Origin: an uncultured Halieaceae bacterium
Lineage (GTDB): Bacteria; Pseudomonadota; Gammaproteobacteria; Pseudomonadales; Halieaceae
Assembly: GCA_913045375.1 (NCBI GenBank)
Contig: CAJWQE010000005.1
Coordinates: 1,829-65,828 of the forward strand
Length of the DNA: 64,000 nucleotides
Reading direction: 5' to 3'
The first letter of the stretch is position 1. Each line of letters starts with the position of its first letter. The notes under the pieces are model-generated. The model was not told the DNA's origin. It saw only the letters and a list, made by a program, of their open reading frames with translations, and ran no database searches. Below, piece after piece: positions 58,907 through 64,000 of the stretch. Both the position numbers and the translations under genes were made by a program.

Positions 58907-60547
58907 TTACAGTTCCCCACTGACGGCAGCCCTACCAGCTTTATCCGCCTCGAGCAGGGCACCGGCAACATCCGGCCTGACAGGCAATTCCGCCCGCTCA
59001 GTTTCACTCAGGCTATTCCACCAGTCGCGGACTCTGCCAGCATCGTGCGGCACCACGCTCTCGCTATGTTCCGCGAACTGCGCTGCCGGGAAGTTGTTAT
59101 CCAAACCGCGAACGTGCTTGTCGAAGAAGCCGCGTACGAAATCATTTATAACGGCCATCATGGTAGGCCCATCTATTCCACCAAAGATGACCGATTTGAC
59201 CGGCCCCCGGACAGCCATGATCATGTCCGTCACCCCAAAGTGCTGTACGTCCTTGACCCGCAGCCGATAGATGTCGTCCCGAGTTCCGGCAACCGAGTGC
59301 GCCTCGTAGGACAGGTCGGCATAGCCGTACTCGCTGTAATCCCAGCCTTGATCGCCGTCAGTCAGTTTATTCATCACCGGCCAGTCATGCATAAACATCA
59401 ACAGGGGCTTGTCCACGCTGCGATTGAACAGCTGCGGGTCAAAGTTGCCGCCATCCAGGTTCACCGCCGCGGCGCAATCTGCGTCCTGCCAGCACACTGA
59501 GACCGCAGTAGATCCGCCAAATGACATGCCGGTGTGGCCTACCCGGATAAAATCGCCGGCGGCGGCGATCTCTGCCATAGCAGGATCAACCCGACCCGCC
59601 ATAAGCTCGTCCTTCACGAACAGGCGATCCTCAATCCAGACGCCCCGACTGCGGTGGAACCGGGTATTGTCGCGAGTGTACCGTTCAAGCATGGCTATCA
59701 TACCGGCGCGCCGCTCCGCCATTGTCGGCCCGTTCACCTTATCGACAGCCTTGCCGCCTGGGAGCGCCGACTCCAAGGCCTCTTCCCACAGTTTGTCATC
59801 TTCGGGAATCGGGTCGCCATTGGGAAACACACCTTCGGGTCCGTCGTAGGTATGAGCCACCGAGTAGACGATGTAGCCATGGCTGGCCAACTCTTCCATC
59901 AGCCCCGTATTCTGGGACAAACGCCCCTGGTAGCCATGACTGAAGAAAACGACGGGTTGCATTGAAGCTCCGCTTAGCAGCGGTGCATTCTCGTAAGAGT
60001 GGGTGTCGACGTGCCGAAAATGAGTAAAGACCTGTGAAGTCGCCGCTTCGGCGTCGGTGAAATAGGGCCGTGGTTCCAGCCCCGCCACCGAGCCCGCGGG
60101 ATACCAGACGCGCACCAGCAGGCGCCGCGGTTCGTCCACGGCGGCAGCCATCACCCCCTTGCGAGAGGTATCGGTGAGCTCGAAATCGCGCACACCAACC
60201 GCGTGCTCGCCGGAAGGCGCTGGCATCTCGAAGTTGGGAAAAGTCCAGTATCCGAACGCCGCAATCGCCGTCAACAGCGAGAACAGCACACCGCTAGCCC
60301 AGGGTCTTCCGCTGAGCACCCTGGAACCGCGCAATCGCCGAATCACCAGGGCCAGCAGCAGCACCAGGGCGACTACCAGCGCAATCATCGCCGTGCCTCG
60401 ATAGTTGGCGTAGCCCGCTATCGAGGCAAGCAGTGCCACCGATGCGCTAGCCCATAGCAGTGCATCTCGCCTGGCCATGCCAACACGGAACCAGCAGATG
60501 CAGAAGCCCAGCAGTGCGAGGATAGAAACCATGTCCGTCAAAAGCAC
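58907..60547 (-). CDS. Membrane-anchored alpha/beta-hydrolase (PAF-acetylhydrolase / lipase-like) with an N-terminal 4-TM domain
   Basis: 546 aa. There are four hydrophobic helices in the first 110 or so aa, with Arg-rich loops after helices 1 and 3 (RVGMARRD, RRLRGSRVLSGRP). By the positive-inside rule this places the catalytic domain in the periplasm. Hydrolase body: PVVFFSHGYQG... and nucleophile elbow GHTGMSFGG. Confidence 0.72.
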   Translation of the reverse strand: MLLTDMVSILALLGFCICWFRVGMARRDALLWASASVALLASIAGYANYRGTAMIALVVALVLLLALVIRRLRGSRVLSGRPWASGVLFSLLTAIAAFGYWTFPNFEMPAPSGEHAVGVRDFELTDTSRKGVMAAAVDEPRRLLVRVWYPAGSVAGLEPRPYFTDAEAATSQVFTHFRHVDTHSYENAPLLSGASMQPVVFFSHGYQGRLSQNTGLMEELASHGYIVYSVAHTYDGPEGVFPNGDPIPEDDKLWEEALESALPGGKAVDKVNGPTMAERRAGMIAMLERYTRDNTRFHRSRGVWIEDRLFVKDELMAGRVDPAMAEIAAAGDFIRVGHTGMSFGGSTAVSVCWQDADCAAAVNLDGGNFDPQLFNRSVDKPLLMFMHDWPVMNKLTDGDQGWDYSEYGYADLSYEAHSVAGTRDDIYRLRVKDVQHFGVTDMIMAVRGPVKSVIFGGIDGPTMMAVINDFVRGFFDKHVRGLDNNFPAAQFAEHSESVVPHDAGRVRDWWNSLSETERAELPVRPDVAGALLEADKAGRAAVSGEL

Positions 60548-60586
60548 GGTCGTCGGACCTTCGATGATTCAAACGCTACGGCTTAC

Positions 60587-63088
60587 TTATTCAAAATCGT
60601 AGGTAATCTCGATGCCGATTTGGCGCGGACGATCAACAATGCCCGTGACTTCGGTTCCGACACTGCTGCGTCTGACAAATCCGTCCTCATCCAGTAAGTT
60701 ATTACCGAACAGGAACACACCGAAGTCCTTGTAATATCCGCCAATACGTCCTCGCAACAGATTGCGAGCATCCCCCGGTATCGGATCCCCATCGCCAGCC
60801 GCGAACTGCTCGCCAATATAGCTGTAGGTCAGGTTGGCAATGCCCTGCCAGTTATCACCCATACTCCAGGAATAGTTTGTAGAGAGTGCGAAGGTCGAGT
60901 CTGGCTGACCCGGCAGGTCACTGCCTTCCTCAATACCCGTAGCGGCCTCCAGAGCAGGATCAACACGGGTCAGTTCGCCGTCGGCAAGGTTGGCAACCAG
61001 GGTGAAGTTAAGACCGTCAATCGACGCCGGGGCATATTTCACAGACAGGTCTACACCGTATATCTCTGCGTCACCGAACGTATAGACCAGAGGGAATTCG
61101 AGGAAAGTCACGTTCTGGCGGAAGTCTTGCCAGTCCATATAATAGGCTGCCGTTTCCAGCTGCAACTGCCCGTCAAGCAAGGTGAACTTGCCACCAATCT
61201 CGTAGCTCCACAGCTCATCGGAATCAACCGCCACTTCAGAGGGCAATCCGCCCAGGGTGACATGAAGCTCACTCACCGGGGGAGAGTTAAGCTCACCGCT
61301 GCGGAAACCCTTGACGACATTCAGGTAGTAATTGGACGTATCATTGGGAAACCAGGCCAGGTTGAAGCGCGGGTTCCAACTGTCAAAGCGCTGGTCATTG
61401 ATCTCGAAAGTGCCGGTAGCTTCCTCAGCGCTGCGATCGTCTTCGAAATAACGCAGCCCTACCAACGGAATCAGGCGCCCGTCCATCAGGCTGTAAGAGA
61501 TTTCGCCAAACACCGAAATACTCTCAGACTTGGTGTTAAGGGTCGTATCCGGAAGCAACAATTGGGCGTTGGAAGCCGTGGTGGATTCGAGATCCTCATC
61601 GGCGTAAAACACACCCGCTATCCATTGCAGATCACTGTCCCCCTGGGAAACCAGGCGAAACTCGTTGTTTATGGTTTCCGTATTGCCGGAGCCGGCAACG
61701 CTCAGGATGCCATCAGGGGGGCCAAAAGGAGGGGGTATGGGAACCGCAAGGTTGATAACCGTGTTTGGTGTCGCATCGATATAGGTCGTCGTGTTGGTCA
61801 GCGCCGCCCAACCCAGGTCGTAGTTAAAAGTGAGGTAGAAAAAGTCGTATTCATTCTCGTTGACGTCGTCTTGCCCATAAAAGTTCACCACTGGATCACG
61901 GTCATAGACGATATTGCCGTATTCCTGATCGATCTCATTATGAATGGCGGTAAACCGGACATCGAGATCATCGGATGCCGCCCAAAGCAGGCTGGCGCGG
62001 TAGGAAGTGATATCCCCAGGCTCCACATTTTCGTTACCCAGGGCGTCCTCTGTCCAACCTCCTACATCTTCGAAACTACCCACAACTCGCAACGCCAGTT
62101 TGTCTTCAACTAAGGGCACGCTCACCGCAGCGTCGGTGTAATAGCTGTCATCGCCGCCCTTGGTGTCGTAATAGCCTGCTCTCACGTGAGCTTCGACGTT
62201 TTCGAGGTTGGGCTTCTCAGTAATAAAGCGCACCGTGCCGCCCATGGAGCTCGCCCCCCACAAGGTGCTCTGGGGTCCCCGGAGCACTTCGACCCTGCTC
62301 ATATCGAAGGTACGCGCTATGGGGGCAAAATCTTCGCCGGGGAAATAGGCCGCGTCATCAACGTAATAACTCACCGTGGGATCACTAAAGCCTTGATCCA
62401 CACCACGAATACTGTACTGCCGGCGACCAAGGCTGTTCTCGTTAGTCTGAATGGCGCCGGGCACCAGTTCCATGACCTGTTGCAGGTCCCGGATACTCGC
62501 CCTGTTCAGGGACTCGCCGGATAGAGCCTGCATGGAAAATGGTATTTCCATCACTGCCTGTTCACGCTTCTGGGCGGTTACGATGACCTCTTCCAGTATT
62601 CCTGCACTGTCCTGCGCCACTGCAACACCTGTGGTCGCACTTCCTACAACCAGGGCCGACAATAAGCGACCAAAGAATGATGTTTTCATTTTCCCCTGTC
62701 CTCGTTCCTTATTCGTTGAAACTACACTTAGCTCGCCATCATCGATCGAGCTTGCAAGACTGGTTCCCTCAAGGAGCCGGCTGAGGCCTTCAGTCAACGT
62801 ATACCGACCCTTGAGCCGGTTGGTCGTGACTTCAGCTGCCTCGTCAAACGGGAACACCAGGGTGACACCCGCCTGAGTCGCAAACTCGATCAATGATCGA
62901 TCTGCGGTCTGTCGGGAAACATCGAACTCTACCTGTTGCTCAAGATCTTGTGGGGCGGCTTGCACCTGCAAACAGGCCAGCGCCAACCCGGTTGTTATGA
63001 CGATCTCAAGCAGTACCCGAAAGACGCAGGGACCACTCAGTCGTTGATTAGACGGGCCGGCAGACATTTTCCCCCAGTGGAATTTCAA
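60587..63088 (-). CDS. TonB-dependent transducer (STN signalling domain plus plug plus beta-barrel)
   Basis: 833 aa. N-terminal signal peptide and STN domain (FDVSRQTADRSLIEFATQAGVTLVF...RLKGRYTLTEGLSRLLEGTSL). Plug begins ILEEVIVTAQKRE. The C-terminus ends in the typical aromatic residue (ITYDFE). The listed start is TTG. The first ATG is at 63067, preceded by GGGGG. For the internal signal-peptide-like segment see findings. Confidence 0.9.
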   Translation of the reverse strand: MKFHWGKMSAGPSNQRLSGPCVFRVLLEIVITTGLALACLQVQAAPQDLEQQVEFDVSRQTADRSLIEFATQAGVTLVFPFDEAAEVTTNRLKGRYTLTEGLSRLLEGTSLASSIDDGELSVVSTNKERGQGKMKTSFFGRLLSALVVGSATTGVAVAQDSAGILEEVIVTAQKREQAVMEIPFSMQALSGESLNRASIRDLQQVMELVPGAIQTNENSLGRRQYSIRGVDQGFSDPTVSYYVDDAAYFPGEDFAPIARTFDMSRVEVLRGPQSTLWGASSMGGTVRFITEKPNLENVEAHVRAGYYDTKGGDDSYYTDAAVSVPLVEDKLALRVVGSFEDVGGWTEDALGNENVEPGDITSYRASLLWAASDDLDVRFTAIHNEIDQEYGNIVYDRDPVVNFYGQDDVNENEYDFFYLTFNYDLGWAALTNTTTYIDATPNTVINLAVPIPPPFGPPDGILSVAGSGNTETINNEFRLVSQGDSDLQWIAGVFYADEDLESTTASNAQLLLPDTTLNTKSESISVFGEISYSLMDGRLIPLVGLRYFEDDRSAEEATGTFEINDQRFDSWNPRFNLAWFPNDTSNYYLNVVKGFRSGELNSPPVSELHVTLGGLPSEVAVDSDELWSYEIGGKFTLLDGQLQLETAAYYMDWQDFRQNVTFLEFPLVYTFGDAEIYGVDLSVKYAPASIDGLNFTLVANLADGELTRVDPALEAATGIEEGSDLPGQPDSTFALSTNYSWSMGDNWQGIANLTYSYIGEQFAAGDGDPIPGDARNLLRGRIGGYYKDFGVFLFGNNLLDEDGFVRRSSVGTEVTGIVDRPRQIGIEITYDFE

Positions 63089-63091
63089 TGT

Positions 63092-64000
63092 TTACAGCAC
63101 GCTGCTTGAGGGCTTCAGGGAAAGCGCGATGGTCTCTTCATCAATTCGCCTGTCAACCACATCAAAGTTGGCACGTAGGGAGGCAAGAAAGCCCTCGACA
63201 TCACCGGCTTTGAACACACCGGCCACCCGCATTGCCTTGAGGTCCTCAGACTGAACCACAAACTCAAGGTGGGTGTAGCGCCCTACTTCGCGAACGGCTT
63301 CATCCAGGGAACTGCCACGAAATACCAGCATGCCTTCGCGCCAGGCCAGCTTGACCTCGATATCGCCATCAGCGATGGCCTCCACCTCCGGGACCTCGTC
63401 GAGGACGATGCGCTCACCCTGGGCGAGCTCGGTGTTGCCTGAGTCCTGCTCTGATACGGTGAAAGATTCAGCGGGCAATTCCACCCTCACACGCCCCTCG
63501 GTAACGATCAGCTCAACCTCCCCGCTCTCATCAATGCGCACGTTGAAGGACGTGCCAAGGGCTTCAAAGACTTTATCGCCAACCAACACACGCAGCGGAC
63601 GTTGTGGATCGTGAGCCACATCGATATGGATCTCGCCCTGCTCCAGAGTCAGCAAACGGTACTCAGCCGTCATACGCACCTGTAGCTGCGTCTCAGTGTT
63701 GAGCTGTACCACGCTGCCATCGTTCAGGTGAATGGTGGATTGATCGCCTACCGGGGTCGTATAGATCGCCTGGTCAACCACCTCACTCACCTCAGCCACC
63801 TGGGGCTCATGGGCCGGCTGCACTGAAGCATCGTTCACCAGGACTGCCAAGCCAGCCACCAACGCCAGGGCAAGGGAGGCCGCCAACGCCACAGGACGCC
63901 AGGAAGATGGTTTCTTTTCGTGGGGCATCAGGTCCGCCAGGGAATGCAGTGCACCCAGCATGTCCCAGAGGCGCGCGCACTCTTCCAGTTCACGTTCATT
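63092..64000 (-). CDS. FecR-family transmembrane anti-sigma factor / sensor (N-terminus outside window)
   Basis: A TM segment (WRPVALAASLALALVAGLAVLV) is followed by a FecR domain (TPVGDQSTIHLNDGSVVQLNTETQL...GEIHIDVAHDPQRPLRVLVGDKVFEALGTSFNV) and a C-terminal domain (LAWREGMLVFRGSSLDEAVREVGRYT). The reading frame stays open upstream of the listed ATG to the window edge (NERELEECARLWD-MLGAL...). Confidence 0.87.
   Translation of the reverse strand, partial: NERELEECARLWDMLGALHSLADLMPHEKKPSSWRPVALAASLALALVAGLAVLVNDASVQPAHEPQVAEVSEVVDQAIYTTPVGDQSTIHLNDGSVVQLNTETQLQVRMTAEYRLLTLEQGEIHIDVAHDPQRPLRVLVGDKVFEALGTSFNVRIDESGEVELIVTEGRVRVELPAESFTVSEQDSGNTELAQGERIVLDEVPEVEAIADGDIEVKLAWREGMLVFRGSSLDEAVREVGRYTHLEFVVQSEDLKAMRVAGVFKAGDVEGFLASLRANFDVVDRRIDEETIALSLKPSSSVL

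Noticed and set aside
61127-62113. A long (328 aa) plus-strand ORF antisense to the TonB-dependent transducer. Similar antisense ORFs occur at 57201..58097 (298 aa), 48593..49231 (212 aa), 15999..16601, 18027..18590 and 7317..8183.
   Set aside because: Each lies entirely inside a well-supported gene on the opposite strand. Their translations are low-complexity and Arg/Pro/Gly/Ser-rich with no recognisable motifs. These are typical shadow ORFs in GC-rich coding DNA.
40448-64000. A direct repeat of the tRNA-Met 3' end (att-type duplication) and an integrase, which would define a classical genomic island.
   Set aside because: I found neither by eye anywhere in the window. A manual scan is not exhaustive, and the far boundary may lie beyond 64000. 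I therefore describe the region only as accessory-like and mosaic.

Overview
This is a gammaproteobacterial chromosome segment with no rRNA, CRISPR array, transposase or integrase that I can see. Positions 1-40447 are conserved housekeeping blocks in an order that mirrors E. coli/Pseudomonas synteny. In order: ybgI; degS; hisD-hisG-murA-ibaG-mlaC (minus strand); yrbG-kdsD-kdsC-lptC-lptA-lptB-rpoN-hpf-rapZ; mgtE; yjgA; yhdP-maf-mreD-mreC-mreB (minus); gatCAB; smrA; cysZ; a DEAD-box helicase; a MATE exporter; moeB-prmC-prfA-hemA (minus); then TPR lipoprotein-lolB-ispE-tRNA-Gln-prs-rplY-pth-ychF-tRNA-Met. This core deviates from the reference synteny in several places: mlaFEDB, ptsN/npr, rng and hisC are absent from their usual positions. 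From tRNA-Met onward (40448-64000) the sequence looks accessory and compositionally mosaic, and it carries several gene remnants. It contains four parts. (i) Two paralogous Nu-class GST modules, one preceded by an intact crotonase and one by a decayed crotonase. (ii) A TetR-associated aromatic-type catabolic cluster: flavin reductase, unknown membrane protein, frameshifted LigB-type extradiol dioxygenase, ACAD-fold monooxygenase, FAH hydrolase and a SnoaL protein. A recurring operator-like motif sits in both of its divergent promoter regions. (iii) A GPH/MFS transporter plus a crotonase. (iv) The most interesting candidate system: a co-directional FecR anti-sigma / STN-domain TonB-dependent transducer locus followed by four predicted periplasm-facing hydrolases. 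Two of these hydrolases are fused to polytopic membrane domains. The transducer itself has an unusual internal, complete signal-peptide-like segment with its own Shine-Dalgarno and ATG. All functional calls rest on my reading of the translated ORFs and recognisable family motifs; no database search was run.
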